From Prevotella sp. (GTDB lineage: Bacteria; Bacteroidota; Bacteroidia; Bacteroidales; Bacteroidaceae): 64,000 nt of DNA. Where the stretch lies: NCBI GenBank assembly GCA_017475005.1, contig JAFVGI010000039.1, positions 3,509-67,508 of the forward strand, read 5' to 3'. Positions 31,525-41,907 of this stretch are shown one piece after another. The first letter of the stretch is position 1; every line of letters starts with the position of its first letter. The translations under genes were made by a program, and so were the position numbers. The notes under the pieces were generated by a model that saw only the letters and a list, made by a program, of their open reading frames with translations, had not been told where the DNA came from and searched no databases.

Positions 31525-32376
31525 ATGATTGGCGTATTCGACTCCGGCTATGGAGGTCTGACGATCCTCAAGCAACTGCGGGAAACACTTCCGGAGTATG
31601 ACTTCGTATATCTTGGCGACAACGCCAGAGCTCCCTATGGCTCACGTTCCTTTGACGTGGTATATGAATTTACACGCCAAGCTGTCATGAAACTCTTCTC
31701 ATTAGGCTGCCGTCTCGTCATCCTGGCCTGTAATACTGCATCGGCCAAGGCACTGCGCACTATACAGCAGCATGACTTGACTAAGAGGTTCTCACAACCT
31801 CCATTCGATGACAGTGCGACACTTGAAGAGCAAGGCTACAGGGTGCTGGGAGTAATACGTCCTACCGTCGAGGTTATCGGCAATATCACACATACACGCC
31901 ATGTAGGAATTGTTGCCACAGAAGGTACCATACGCTCTGAAAGCTACGACATGGAAATCAACAAGCTCTTCCCTGACATAAAGGTATCAGGGCAGGCTTG
32001 TCCGTTATGGGCAGCCATCGTTGAAGCAGGAGAGGCTGACAGTGAGGGGGCTGAATTCTTCGTAAAGAAAAGAATAGGCCAGCTACTCGCCAAAGATGCT
32101 GACATTGACACCATCATTCTTGGGTGTACACACTATCCGATGCTGATGAAAGCACTTGACAAGGCTGTACCAGAGGGTATTTCCCTTGTTTCGCAGGGCG
32201 ACCTTGTTGCAGCCTCGCTGAAGGACTACCTTAAACGTCATCCTGAGATGGATGCCCTCTGCTCCAAAGGTGGAACGATACAATACTACACAACAGAATC
32301 AGAAGAGCGTTTCAAGGAGATTGGAACGAAATTCCTGAATGACGACCTTGACGTTCAGCGAATAAGTATCATATAA
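31525..32376 (+). CDS. murI: Glutamate racemase
   Basis: FDSGYGG, ACNTAS, LGCTHYP. Confidence 0.96.
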   Translation: MIGVFDSGYGGLTILKQLRETLPEYDFVYLGDNARAPYGSRSFDVVYEFTRQAVMKLFSLGCRLVILACNTASAKALRTIQQHDLTKRFSQPPFDDSATLEEQGYRVLGVIRPTVEVIGNITHTRHVGIVATEGTIRSESYDMEINKLFPDIKVSGQACPLWAAIVEAGEADSEGAEFFVKKRIGQLLAKDADIDTIILGCTHYPMLMKALDKAVPEGISLVSQGDLVAASLKDYLKRHPEMDALCSKGGTIQYYTTESEERFKEIGTKFLNDDLDVQRISII

Positions 32377-32398
32377 AACTACTACTAACTAAGCTAAC

Positions 32399-33823
32399 AT
32401 GAAAAAAATACTCTTTCTACTCACCTTTACACTTTTACATCTTTCCCTTTCGGCTAAAGACTATAATGTAAAAACTTATGGTGCAGTCTCTGATGGGAAG
32501 ACGCTGACAAATGAGGCTTTCAACAAGGCTCTTGAAGTTGCATCCGCTAATGGAGGAGGTCGTGTTATTGTTCCCGCAGGAGAATACCTCTGTGGCTCAA
32601 TACGTATGAAGAGTAATACCGAACTTCATTTTGAAGATGGTGCCAAGATTATTGCCGCTCCAGAGAAATATCAAGCCTATGACCAACGTGAGCCGTGGGA
32701 AGGTCCGCAATACCAGGATGGCGGCCACACATTCTTTCATAATTCCCTGATTTGGGCAGATGGAGAGAAGAATATTTCAATTACAGGCAAAGGATTTATT
32801 GATGGAGTTGGATTGACAAAGAAAGACAAGGAAAAAGGCGGCATTGTCGAAGGTGGTGGAGTAGATACTGGTGATAACGCCATCGCCTTCAAATTATGCC
32901 AGAACGTAAAAATAAAGGATATTACAATATATCGTGGAGGTCATTTCGCAATCATTGTCACAGGCTGTCAGAAAACATTGATTGACGGTGTTACGATTGA
33001 CACTAATCGTGATGGTGTTGACATCGACTGCTGCAAAGACCTCGTAATACGCAATTGCATTGTAAACACCCCAAGCGACGATGGCATCGTCCTGAAGAGT
33101 TCTTACGCGCTAAAGAGCGTTGTTCCATGTGAAGATGTAACAGTTAAAAATTGCACAGTAACAGGATATAAATGTGGTACATATCTTGACGGCACGAAGA
33201 TTCCTGAGCCTGTTAACTGGGTCTGCGGACGCATAAAACTTGGAACAGAGAGCAATGGAGGATATCGCAACATCCATATCAAGAACTGTAAAGGAGAATA
33301 TTCTAGCGGATTAGCCTTTGAATCTGTTGACCAAGGACTGATGGAGAACATCTATGTCGATGGTGTAGTGATAAACCACACTCACCACTACCCTATCTAT
33401 ATCACTACCGGTTGCCGCAACAGAGGTCCCAAGGAGCGCACAGATGTCTCAACAGGTCGCAATATCTTTATAAAGAATGTAACATGTCTGCATGCAGACT
33501 CTATTGCAGGCATCATAATAACGGGCATGCCAGGCGCTCCACTCGAGAACATTTCTTTGAAAAATATCACCGTCCAGTATGCTGGAGGCGGCAAGGCAGA
33601 ATATGCAAATCGCGAATACCGCGAGCAGGGGACTAACTATCCAGAACCGAAGTTCGCAGGCTTCACACCGTCATATGGTGTTTTTGCACGCCACGTGAGG
33701 GGCTTGAAACTGACAAACATAAACTTCTCTGTCGAGAGGTCGGAAGAGCGTCCGATGCTCCGATTTGAAGATACGGAAGGAGTGGAAATAGAGAACGTAA
33801 ACGGACCAGGAAGAAGGGAGTAA
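32399..33823 (+). CDS. Glycoside hydrolase family 28 (polygalacturonase-like)
   Basis: YGAVSDG, TNRDGVD, DDGIVLKS, RIKLGTES. Confidence 0.85.
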   Translation: MKKILFLLTFTLLHLSLSAKDYNVKTYGAVSDGKTLTNEAFNKALEVASANGGGRVIVPAGEYLCGSIRMKSNTELHFEDGAKIIAAPEKYQAYDQREPWEGPQYQDGGHTFFHNSLIWADGEKNISITGKGFIDGVGLTKKDKEKGGIVEGGGVDTGDNAIAFKLCQNVKIKDITIYRGGHFAIIVTGCQKTLIDGVTIDTNRDGVDIDCCKDLVIRNCIVNTPSDDGIVLKSSYALKSVVPCEDVTVKNCTVTGYKCGTYLDGTKIPEPVNWVCGRIKLGTESNGGYRNIHIKNCKGEYSSGLAFESVDQGLMENIYVDGVVINHTHHYPIYITTGCRNRGPKERTDVSTGRNIFIKNVTCLHADSIAGIIITGMPGAPLENISLKNITVQYAGGGKAEYANREYREQGTNYPEPKFAGFTPSYGVFARHVRGLKLTNINFSVERSEERPMLRFEDTEGVEIENVNGPGRRE

Positions 33824-33839
33824 AAATAAAGACCTCGGT

Positions 33840-33935
33840 TTGATTACTAAGAAAGCCTCCAGCCTGATTATTAGGAAAGCACCCTGCTTTGTTCTTAAGA
33901 GAGTTCATACCTTTATTATTAAGAAAGTTTTTTAT
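33840..33935 (+). repeat. Four degenerate 24-bp tandem repeats upstream of kdsD
   Basis: Core T-T-A-[A/G]-G-A-[A/G]-A-G recurring at 24-bp period. Confidence 0.6.
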
Positions 33936-33942
33936 TCGACAA

Positions 33943-34893
33943 ATGCAAGATATAAAATCATACGCAATGCGTTGTTTCCAGGATGAAGCACAAGCCATTC
34001 TGGATCTAATACCACGCATTGACGACAATTTCACAAAGGCAGTAGAAATGATATTCAACTGCAAAGGAAAAGTTATTGTAACAGGTGTCGGCAAGAGCGG
34101 ACATGTGGGTGAGAAGATGGCATCCACGCTTGCTTCTCTTGGCACGCCTTCATTCTTCCTTAATCCCCTTGACGCCTTTCATGGTGATTTGGGAATGATT
34201 TCAGAAGGAGATGTAGTCATCTCTATAAGTTATAGCGGATATACTGACGAGTTGCTACGTTTTATTCCATTGCTGATGGAACGCAATATCCCCATCATCG
34301 GCATTACAGGCAACAAGAACTCTTTGTTAGCACAATATTCTTCATGTCATTTGGATATACATGTTGACCATGAGGCTGACCCCTTGAATCTTGCCCCTAC
34401 ATCATCAACAATGGCAACGATGGCTATGGGAGATGCACTTGCCTGTGCACTGGTAAAGATGCGTGACTTTAAAGCTAATGATTTTGCACAATTCCATCCT
34501 GGAGGCTCACTCGGCAAGCGTCTCCTCTCTCATGCACGGGATTATATGGTTAAAGACAACCTGCCTATTGTGACTCCAGATACAAAAGTCTTTGATGCCA
34601 TCATTACAGCCAGCAATGGCAAGCTCGGGTTAGCTATCGTAATCGACGAAAAGGGAGTACTCAAAGGAATCATTACCGATGGTGATGTTCGCCGTGCCGT
34701 ACAAAAATATCAGAACAAGATGTTCGAACTCACTGTCAAGGATATAATGACCCCAAATCCAAAGACCGTCCGCCCAGAGACAACGCTGAATGAAGTAGAC
34801 AAAATATTGAGGAAATACAACATCCATGCCCTTGTGGTGACAGACAAGGATGAAAGTGTCGTAGGTGTCATCGATTCTTTCAGAGTGGTATAG
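33943..34893 (+). CDS. kdsD: KpsF/GutQ arabinose-5-phosphate isomerase (SIS + CBS)
   Basis: TGVGKSG, HGDLG, LAPTSS, FHPGGSLG, CBS pair. Confidence 0.9.
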   Translation: MQDIKSYAMRCFQDEAQAILDLIPRIDDNFTKAVEMIFNCKGKVIVTGVGKSGHVGEKMASTLASLGTPSFFLNPLDAFHGDLGMISEGDVVISISYSGYTDELLRFIPLLMERNIPIIGITGNKNSLLAQYSSCHLDIHVDHEADPLNLAPTSSTMATMAMGDALACALVKMRDFKANDFAQFHPGGSLGKRLLSHARDYMVKDNLPIVTPDTKVFDAIITASNGKLGLAIVIDEKGVLKGIITDGDVRRAVQKYQNKMFELTVKDIMTPNPKTVRPETTLNEVDKILRKYNIHALVVTDKDESVVGVIDSFRVV

Positions 34894-34940
34894 TCACAGT
34901 CAGTTATTAATCTATCGTTCACTCTATTTTTAAGACAGCC

Positions 34941-35411
34941 ATGTATAATAATAAAGTTGTTGTATATACAAGCGGAACATTTGACATGTTCCATAGCAAT
35001 CACCTGAAGATGATTGAATACGCCCGTGGATTAGGCGATACACTTATCGTTGGCGTTAGTACCGATGAGTTAGTATGTAGCTACAAACGTCCTCCTGTTA
35101 TTCCATTTGAGGAAAGAATAGAAATCATTCGTGCCCTCAAATATCCTGATGTTGTAATACCACAGCGCTCTTTAGACCACAGCGCATTAGTAAAGAAATT
35201 AAACATCGATGTCTTTGTTGTCGGAGACGACTGGACAGGGAAATATGACTATCTAAGGGATTTAGGAGTTACAGTGTTTTACTTTCCTTATGGAGAAGGC
35301 GTCACGTCAACAAAAATTAAGGAAGATATCCTGAATAATTATGAGACGATGAAAAAAGGTCATGAAACGAAAGTAAATCCAGACATAGTAATAAACAGAG
35401 AGCAAGAATGA
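34941..35411 (+). CDS. TagD-like alditol-phosphate cytidylyltransferase
   Basis: GTFDMFHSNH, VGVSTDE, VGDDW.GKYD.L, GVTST. Confidence 0.85.
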   Translation: MYNNKVVVYTSGTFDMFHSNHLKMIEYARGLGDTLIVGVSTDELVCSYKRPPVIPFEERIEIIRALKYPDVVIPQRSLDHSALVKKLNIDVFVVGDDWTGKYDYLRDLGVTVFYFPYGEGVTSTKIKEDILNNYETMKKGHETKVNPDIVINREQE

Positions 35412-36127
35412 AGTATGCATTAGTGACTGGTGGAACAAAAGGGATAGGACTTGCTATCGTGCGTATGCTAATGAAGGAAGGATACTTCGTCATACTCACC
35501 TATTCCAACGATGATTCTGCTATGGAAGTATGTCGTAAAGAATTATCCTTAATATCTCCAAACTTTAGGATTGTCAAAGCCGACCAAGGGGATAAGGAGC
35601 AATATGCTTCGTTATTGGAGATTGTCAAGAGCTATCCATCACTCTCCTGCATTGTTTTCAACGTTGGCATAACATTACGCAAAGGTTTGACAGATATAGA
35701 AGATGCAGAATGGTTACATGTCATGAATGTTAATGTAAACATCCCTGTGTTTATGTTACGAGATCTTCATGAAATGATTCCACACAATAGCAGAATAATC
35801 TTTATTGGCTCAGAGATGGGTATCTACCCTCACGGAACATCATTGGCGTATGGTGTATCAAAATCAGCTGTTCATGCCTTAGCACAAAATTTAGTAAAGT
35901 TCTATGAGAATACCGGCACAACAGTAAATGCTATCGCCCCAGGTTTCGTTGAAACAGAATGGCAAGCAAGAAAGAATCCAGAAATCAAGCAGAACATCTG
36001 TAACAAAACAGCTGCTAAACGTTTTGCCACAGCAGACGAAATAGCAGATGCAGTAAGATTTTGTATCAACAATGCCTTTGTCAACGGAAGTATAATAGAG
36101 GTAAACGGAGGATATTGTTATAAGTAA
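35408..36127 (+). CDS. SDR-family oxidoreductase
   Basis: TGGTKGIG, YGVSK, NAIAPG. Confidence 0.88.
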   Translation: MKYALVTGGTKGIGLAIVRMLMKEGYFVILTYSNDDSAMEVCRKELSLISPNFRIVKADQGDKEQYASLLEIVKSYPSLSCIVFNVGITLRKGLTDIEDAEWLHVMNVNVNIPVFMLRDLHEMIPHNSRIIFIGSEMGIYPHGTSLAYGVSKSAVHALAQNLVKFYENTGTTVNAIAPGFVETEWQARKNPEIKQNICNKTAAKRFATADEIADAVRFCINNAFVNGSIIEVNGGYCYK

Positions 36128-36143
36128 CAATTAAAAGCGCACT

Positions 36144-36944
36144 ATGACAGAAGAACAAAAAGCATACTTGCAACGCAACCTACATAACGTTCAAGAAAAG
36201 GAACTGAACATATTATGTATAGTCACTGATATCTGTAATCGTAACGGGATAGAATATTGGCTTGATGGCGGCACTCTATTAGGAGCTGTCCGTCACAAGG
36301 GATTTATTCCATGGGACGACGATATTGATATTTGCATAAAAGATACTGACACTAAGCGTTTCATAGAGATTATGCAAAGGGAACTCCCTGAGAACTTGTT
36401 TTTACAAACGAGTGAAACAGATGCCTATTATAACCTCAGCATAATGAAAATACGCGATAATAATTCGCTATTCATAGAATTTTGTGATGACTTCACACGC
36501 CCTTACCATAAGGGAATCTATATTGATATATTTCCAATGACAGACTATCCTAATGTTTCCAAGAAATTCTGTCATTGGGTCACAGGCGGTTATTGTAAGT
36601 CTAACACTATTCTACACAAGCATCATTTGTATTCTATACGCTCTGTCGCAGAATTATTCTGGTTTGGCATGAAACGTGCCTGCACCTCTCTGCTATGGAG
36701 GATAGCAAACATATTTTGTAAGAAGGGTACATATTATGCTACATTGATTGAAAACAACGGTTTAGGATTCATGCATCGCAAAGATGCAGTCTTCCCACTC
36801 AGCACGATATCTTTTGAGGGAAAGGAATTCTCTTGTCCCAACAATCCTGACATATATCTGACGGAGCAATATGGTAACTATATGCAGCTACCTCCTGAAG
36901 ATAAACGCGATGTACATGCCATCTTCTACGTTCCGGAACTATGA
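36144..36944 (+). CDS. LicD-family phosphotransferase
   Basis: GTLLGAVRHKGFIPWDDDID, IDIFP, YL...YG.YM. Confidence 0.9.
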   Translation: MTEEQKAYLQRNLHNVQEKELNILCIVTDICNRNGIEYWLDGGTLLGAVRHKGFIPWDDDIDICIKDTDTKRFIEIMQRELPENLFLQTSETDAYYNLSIMKIRDNNSLFIEFCDDFTRPYHKGIYIDIFPMTDYPNVSKKFCHWVTGGYCKSNTILHKHHLYSIRSVAELFWFGMKRACTSLLWRIANIFCKKGTYYATLIENNGLGFMHRKDAVFPLSTISFEGKEFSCPNNPDIYLTEQYGNYMQLPPEDKRDVHAIFYVPEL

Positions 36945-36973
36945 ACATCGCTTACCTCATATCTGCCAGATAA
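36941..36973 (+). pseudogene. Probable 5' remnant of a deleted core-2/I-branching (GT14-like) glycosyltransferase
   Basis: ATGA overlap with the licD stop; encodes MNIAYLISAR*, resembling the MKIAYLIxAH N-terminus. Confidence 0.45.
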
Positions 36974-36999
36974 GAAAAGCAGTAAATTAGTAGAACCCA

Positions 37000-38037
37000 T
37001 TGAAAACCTATAAAACAGATATTAGCGTCCTTTTGCTCTTTCATGCCAGAGCAGATCACTTCAGCCAAGTATGGGCTGAGGTAAAGAAAGCCCGTCCCTC
37101 ACGCCTTTTCCTCTATCAGGATGGTCCACGTGAGAATAGCAACGATATGGAGGGCATTATGGCATGCCGTGAGTTAGTAAAAGACGAGAATATTGATTGG
37201 CAATGCGAGGTACATCGCCTATATCAGGAAAAGAACTACGGATGCGACCCTTCTGGCTTTATGTCACATCGATGGGCGTTCTCGCAGACCGACAAATGTA
37301 TCGTACTTGAAGATGATGTCGTACCCTCCCAGAGTTTCTTCCCCTTCTGCAAGGAGCTTCTTGACCACTATGAAGACGATGAGCGCATCACGATGATTGC
37401 AGGGTTCAATACCGATGAAATTTCCCCCACCCCATTGCGCGCTGGTCAAAAGGAAAGTTACTTCTTCACACGAGCATTCTCAATATGGGGTTGGGCTTCA
37501 TGGGCACGAGTAGTAAATCAATGGGAGGGCGACTACGCTTTTGTCAAAGATCAGGCACGATTCAAGGAACTGTGCGCAAAAGTGAAGCGTGAGAAGATTT
37601 TCACTTGGATGCCAAAAGTCTGTACAGACCATGCTCTTTCGGGCAGAGCACACTTCGAGAGTATCTTTTGGGCTTACATGTTCATGCATGATGGACTGGC
37701 AATAATGCCTCGACTAAATATGATAAATAATATCGGGCTGCAGGGAGGAACACACTATGATGTCGATCTGCGGTTAAAACCTCGTTGTCAAAGACAGATA
37801 TTTACAATGCGACGCCATGAGATGTGGCCGCCATATACACACCCTGCACAGGTGGAGGACTGGCCACAATATCTTGACTCATACTTCTGTCGTATGGGAT
37901 TAGACCGTCCGTTGCACAAAGTGGCACATAGCCTCGAAGAACTCTTTCTCCACCTGCGCTATGGTGACTTTAGCGGCATAACGAAAGCAGTAAAGATAAG
38001 GTTATCAAAGATAATGGGCACATACAAGGCTGACTGA
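37000..38037 (+). CDS. GT-A fold nucleotide-diphospho-sugar transferase (often annotated hemolysin activation protein)
   Basis: QDGPR, NYGC, IVLEDD, IWGWASW, NMINNIG. Confidence 0.75.
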   Translation: MKTYKTDISVLLLFHARADHFSQVWAEVKKARPSRLFLYQDGPRENSNDMEGIMACRELVKDENIDWQCEVHRLYQEKNYGCDPSGFMSHRWAFSQTDKCIVLEDDVVPSQSFFPFCKELLDHYEDDERITMIAGFNTDEISPTPLRAGQKESYFFTRAFSIWGWASWARVVNQWEGDYAFVKDQARFKELCAKVKREKIFTWMPKVCTDHALSGRAHFESIFWAYMFMHDGLAIMPRLNMINNIGLQGGTHYDVDLRLKPRCQRQIFTMRRHEMWPPYTHPAQVEDWPQYLDSYFCRMGLDRPLHKVAHSLEELFLHLRYGDFSGITKAVKIRLSKIMGTYKAD

Positions 38038-39143
38038 TGACTGTATTCCACATCATAACACACATTGATCTTGGCGGTGCTGAGCGTGTAGCCATCAACA
38101 TTGCCAAAGGCGGCAAGTCTCACGGCATAGAAATGCATGTAGTTGAGGTTACTCGCGGCACCTCACCCATCTCACGCTCCATGATTGCGGAGATGCGCAA
38201 CGCCGGCATCATAGTGCATCGGGCACCGCTTCCTATACTTTTCCATTGGCATTATATTGCAGAGAAAGCACTAGCCTGGTTATTCCCTTTATGGTTTGTA
38301 TGGTTGTGGTTACGCTATCGCCCCGACATCTTGCATTCCCATACCGAAATTCCTGACATAGGGCTCTATGCCACACTGCGAATATTTCCGTTCGTCAAAC
38401 CTCGTAAGATAGTTCGCACCATTCACAACACCGTATTGTGGACAGGCATGAAAAGCCTCGGCAGGCGCATTGAAAACTTCATGCAGAAGTGGGATGCGAA
38501 TATCAGCATATCCGAATCGGTGAGCCATTTTTACGAGAAGACCTACGGAACAAAGTCTCCAATAATATATAATGGTGTGGAAGTTCCTGCCGTCCCCTTC
38601 TCATCCCCGGACTTGCTGGGAGTGGCCAGTAAAGGGAACATCTCCGTTTGTTTTGCTGCACGATTGGAGGAACAGAAAGGTGTGCGTACGCTATATGAGG
38701 TGCTGAAGAAAATGAGCGGAGATACAATATACCACTTTTATATTTTCGGTGAAGGAACGCTAAGTCATCTGCTTGACGACCTTAGACAGCAGGAAAACGT
38801 AAGCATCCACGGACCAGTATGCAATATCGCAACATGCCTGAGACAGTTCGATTATGTCTTCATGCCCTCCATACACGAAGGGTTGGGAATACTATCCGTA
38901 GAGGCATCTCTCTCTCACACGCCAGTATTAGCCAACAAGGTGTCTGGACTGACAGAAACCCTGCCTCATGATTGGCCACTGATGGTAACAGACAATGATA
39001 CGGAGCAATGGCTACACCTGTTTCGCGATATACTGCCAACGATAGATTACACAGCATTGGCAGAGAAAGCCTACCGCTATGCCGATAGTAAGTTTTCGTT
39101 AAGCCACATGCAGGAACAATATATAAAACTGTACAATGAGTGA
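38037..39143 (+). CDS. Glycosyltransferase family 4
   Basis: GGAERV, IIYNGV, RLEEQKG, PSIHEGLGILSVEA. Confidence 0.88.
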   Translation: MTVFHIITHIDLGGAERVAINIAKGGKSHGIEMHVVEVTRGTSPISRSMIAEMRNAGIIVHRAPLPILFHWHYIAEKALAWLFPLWFVWLWLRYRPDILHSHTEIPDIGLYATLRIFPFVKPRKIVRTIHNTVLWTGMKSLGRRIENFMQKWDANISISESVSHFYEKTYGTKSPIIYNGVEVPAVPFSSPDLLGVASKGNISVCFAARLEEQKGVRTLYEVLKKMSGDTIYHFYIFGEGTLSHLLDDLRQQENVSIHGPVCNIATCLRQFDYVFMPSIHEGLGILSVEASLSHTPVLANKVSGLTETLPHDWPLMVTDNDTEQWLHLFRDILPTIDYTALAEKAYRYADSKFSLSHMQEQYIKLYNE

Positions 39144-40593
39144 ACTAAAAGACAAGACAGCCAAAGGACTCGTTTGGGGAGGCATCAACACCGGTGCCAC
39201 TCAGGTGCTCAATGCCATCTTCGGCATTGTGCTCGCGCGTCTGCTTTCTCCTGACGACTATGGTCTTATCGCCATGCTACTTGTCTTTTCTACTGTTGCT
39301 ACAGCCCTTCAGGACAGTGGTTTCGTAATCGCCTTGACAAATAAGCGCGATGCCACACATGAAGACTATAATGCCGTCTTCTGGTTTAATATTCTGGTTA
39401 GCATTATAGCCTATGTCTTCCTGTTTAGTGTTTCCCCTTGGATAGCGGTTTTCTATAATGAGCCAATACTGACATCCCTATCGAGATACTTCTTCCTTGG
39501 TTTCTTCATAGCCAGTTTCTCCATAGTACCTCGTGCCATCCTCTTCCGCCAGCTCAAGCAGCGCGAGCTCGCCATTATGGGTCTCACCTCCCTCGTCATC
39601 TCCGGCACTGTGGGCATCACCCTTGCCGCCAACGGCTTTGCGTTTTGGGGTATAGCGACCCAATCACTTGTATTTAATTTTTGCATCACTATCCTTAGTT
39701 GGTATTTCTCCAAATGGAAACCCAAATCTCCAATTCATAGTTCTTCACTCTTCACTCCCCTAAAGCCTCTCTTAGGTTTCTCCAGCAAGATGCTGTTTAC
39801 ATACATCTTCAACAACATCAATAACAACATCTTCTCGCTTCTCTTGGGTCGCTTGTACAACAAGACAGAGGCAGGTATCTATTCTCAGGCACAGAAATGG
39901 AATGTAATGGGAAGCAACACCATAACAGGAATGGTGCAAGGAGTAGCCCAACCCACCTTCGTACAGATGGGAGATGACATGGAACGTCTCCGCAGGGCTT
40001 TCTCCAAGATGCTGCGCTTCACATGCTTCATCTCTTTCCCTGCAATGATGGGTTTAGCATTGATAGCACGAGAATTTATCATCATCACGGTTACAGAAAA
40101 GTGGTTGCCTTCAGCATCCCTGATGCAGTTGCTGTGCATAGCAGGAGCCTTTCTGCCTCTTGCCACCTTATATTATAATATGATAATCAGTCGTGGAAAG
40201 AGCGACATTTACATGTGGAATGTCATCATACAAGGCTGTGTTATCCTGGGATCACTATTAACGGTACATTATCTTGGCGGAAGCATTACGGATATGGTAA
40301 TAGCTTATGTCATTATTGTAATATTATGGACCTTTATCTGGCATTTCTTTGTCAATCGCGAAATAGGGTTTAGCTGGTATCAAGCTTTGAAAGACATACT
40401 GCCTTTCTTCATTGTTGCAGCATTTACAATGGCTGTAACTCACCACATCTCCCTCCTAATAACAGATATTCCGCTCTACCTAATGTTGGTAAAGATATTC
40501 CTTGCCGCTATCATATATCTTGGCATAATATACCTTAGTGGTGCCAAGATTCTGCGCCAATCATGGGAGTATATAAGGCACAAGCAGGTTTAG
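39136..40593 (+). CDS. wzx: Wzx polysaccharide flippase
   Basis: LARLLSPDDYGLIAM, multiple TM segments, ITVTEKW. Confidence 0.88.
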   Translation: MSELKDKTAKGLVWGGINTGATQVLNAIFGIVLARLLSPDDYGLIAMLLVFSTVATALQDSGFVIALTNKRDATHEDYNAVFWFNILVSIIAYVFLFSVSPWIAVFYNEPILTSLSRYFFLGFFIASFSIVPRAILFRQLKQRELAIMGLTSLVISGTVGITLAANGFAFWGIATQSLVFNFCITILSWYFSKWKPKSPIHSSSLFTPLKPLLGFSSKMLFTYIFNNINNNIFSLLLGRLYNKTEAGIYSQAQKWNVMGSNTITGMVQGVAQPTFVQMGDDMERLRRAFSKMLRFTCFISFPAMMGLALIAREFIIITVTEKWLPSASLMQLLCIAGAFLPLATLYYNMIISRGKSDIYMWNVIIQGCVILGSLLTVHYLGGSITDMVIAYVIIVILWTFIWHFFVNREIGFSWYQALKDILPFFIVAAFTMAVTHHISLLITDIPLYLMLVKIFLAAIIYLGIIYLSGAKILRQSWEYIRHKQV

Positions 40594-41907
40594 GTTGTGC
40601 CACCAAAGGAATACTGTTAACACAACAAGTATAGCCATAACAGCATTCTGCAGGAAGGCTTTCTTGCATTCTTTCAGCATAAGTCCTATTGCTATCGGTA
40701 TGACATATGCCCAATGTGCTGTCATGATATACACATCTGCAGCAGCAAAGCGCAAGCCGATATGCAGGCACACATCAAAGAGGAATGGCATCATGGCAAG
40801 CCACAACAGGCGTTTCTTCCTGCCAAACCATATTCCTCCCGCAAACAAGACTAATATTCCTGCCTCAGCAACATAGTTCCACCAATCCTTGTAATGCACT
40901 ATCACAGGACGGGAATTCTTCTTGGCATTGGCATCCTCCATTAGGTGGTCTCTATGCAATATAAATCCTTCGCCAAAGAAATTCTCATATAGCAATTGTC
41001 CTCTATCTACGGTATTATCAGTAAAGGCAAAGAAGGGGCTATCGACGGACTGCTTCCCACGCCTTTTTGCCAAAGCCAGACTGTCTCGCGTAAATTTCTT
41101 CATGACACCAACACTATCACGCTCTATTGCCCGCTGGCGAATCATCTCCCGGTATGAAACTTCCTTGTCATCGTAAACATCCTGATGCCACAGATATACA
41201 CACCCCATCAATATTGTGGGAATGAAATACAAGAGGCTGCGTCTAAACAGTTTTATATAGTTAGCATTAGAGTATGCTGCAACCATATCTATCAGCCACA
41301 CCTTTATGCCATTTGTCAACGTTACTCCTGCAGCAATGAAATATATCACCAGTGCCTGCCACCATTTCATTCCCTTCTTGCTGCTGGCAAGATATATTGT
41401 CAGTATGAGCAGGAATTGCGTCCATATCATGTGGTCAGGTACAAAGCTGACAAGTAGCACATAGGCAAAGCCAAAGTAGAAAAGCAACAGGAGCAAAGAC
41501 AAAGCCCTTGATAGACCTATCCTTCTACGGAACAAGGCATATAGCAGGCACCATGTAGCAGTACTCATCAATGTATATGTGACAGCCACTACATATATGG
41601 CACAATTCATATGGAAATAATCCGACAGAACCGAATTTATCCATGTTAGCGGCCATATCATGAATGCCAGCATTGGATGACGATATATCTCAAATATAGG
41701 GCGCCACTTCGTCACTACGACATATGTAAACTGGTCGAAGCCTGAGAAGACGAATTCTTTGTGAAAAGCCGTCCATGCGCCAAGTTTTTGTGACGTCCAT
41801 GCTTCTGGGCTATGCATCAGCATCAGCCCATTCATAGCACCGAAGATACATAACCCCAGCAATGCTATCAGAAATACATAAATTCTATGGTGAGTATTAC
41901 GTTCCAT
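40561..41907 (-). CDS. DUF6080-like polytopic membrane protein (paralog 2)
   Basis: SGFD, YRHP, VPDH, AGVTLTNG, YIMTAHW; start moved to MERNTHH. Confidence 0.7.
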   Translation of the reverse strand: MERNTHHRIYVFLIALLGLCIFGAMNGLMLMHSPEAWTSQKLGAWTAFHKEFVFSGFDQFTYVVVTKWRPIFEIYRHPMLAFMIWPLTWINSVLSDYFHMNCAIYVVAVTYTLMSTATWCLLYALFRRRIGLSRALSLLLLLFYFGFAYVLLVSFVPDHMIWTQFLLILTIYLASSKKGMKWWQALVIYFIAAGVTLTNGIKVWLIDMVAAYSNANYIKLFRRSLLYFIPTILMGCVYLWHQDVYDDKEVSYREMIRQRAIERDSVGVMKKFTRDSLALAKRRGKQSVDSPFFAFTDNTVDRGQLLYENFFGEGFILHRDHLMEDANAKKNSRPVIVHYKDWWNYVAEAGILVLFAGGIWFGRKKRLLWLAMMPFLFDVCLHIGLRFAAADVYIMTAHWAYVIPIAIGLMLKECKKAFLQNAVMAILVVLTVFLWWHNLNLLVPYILP

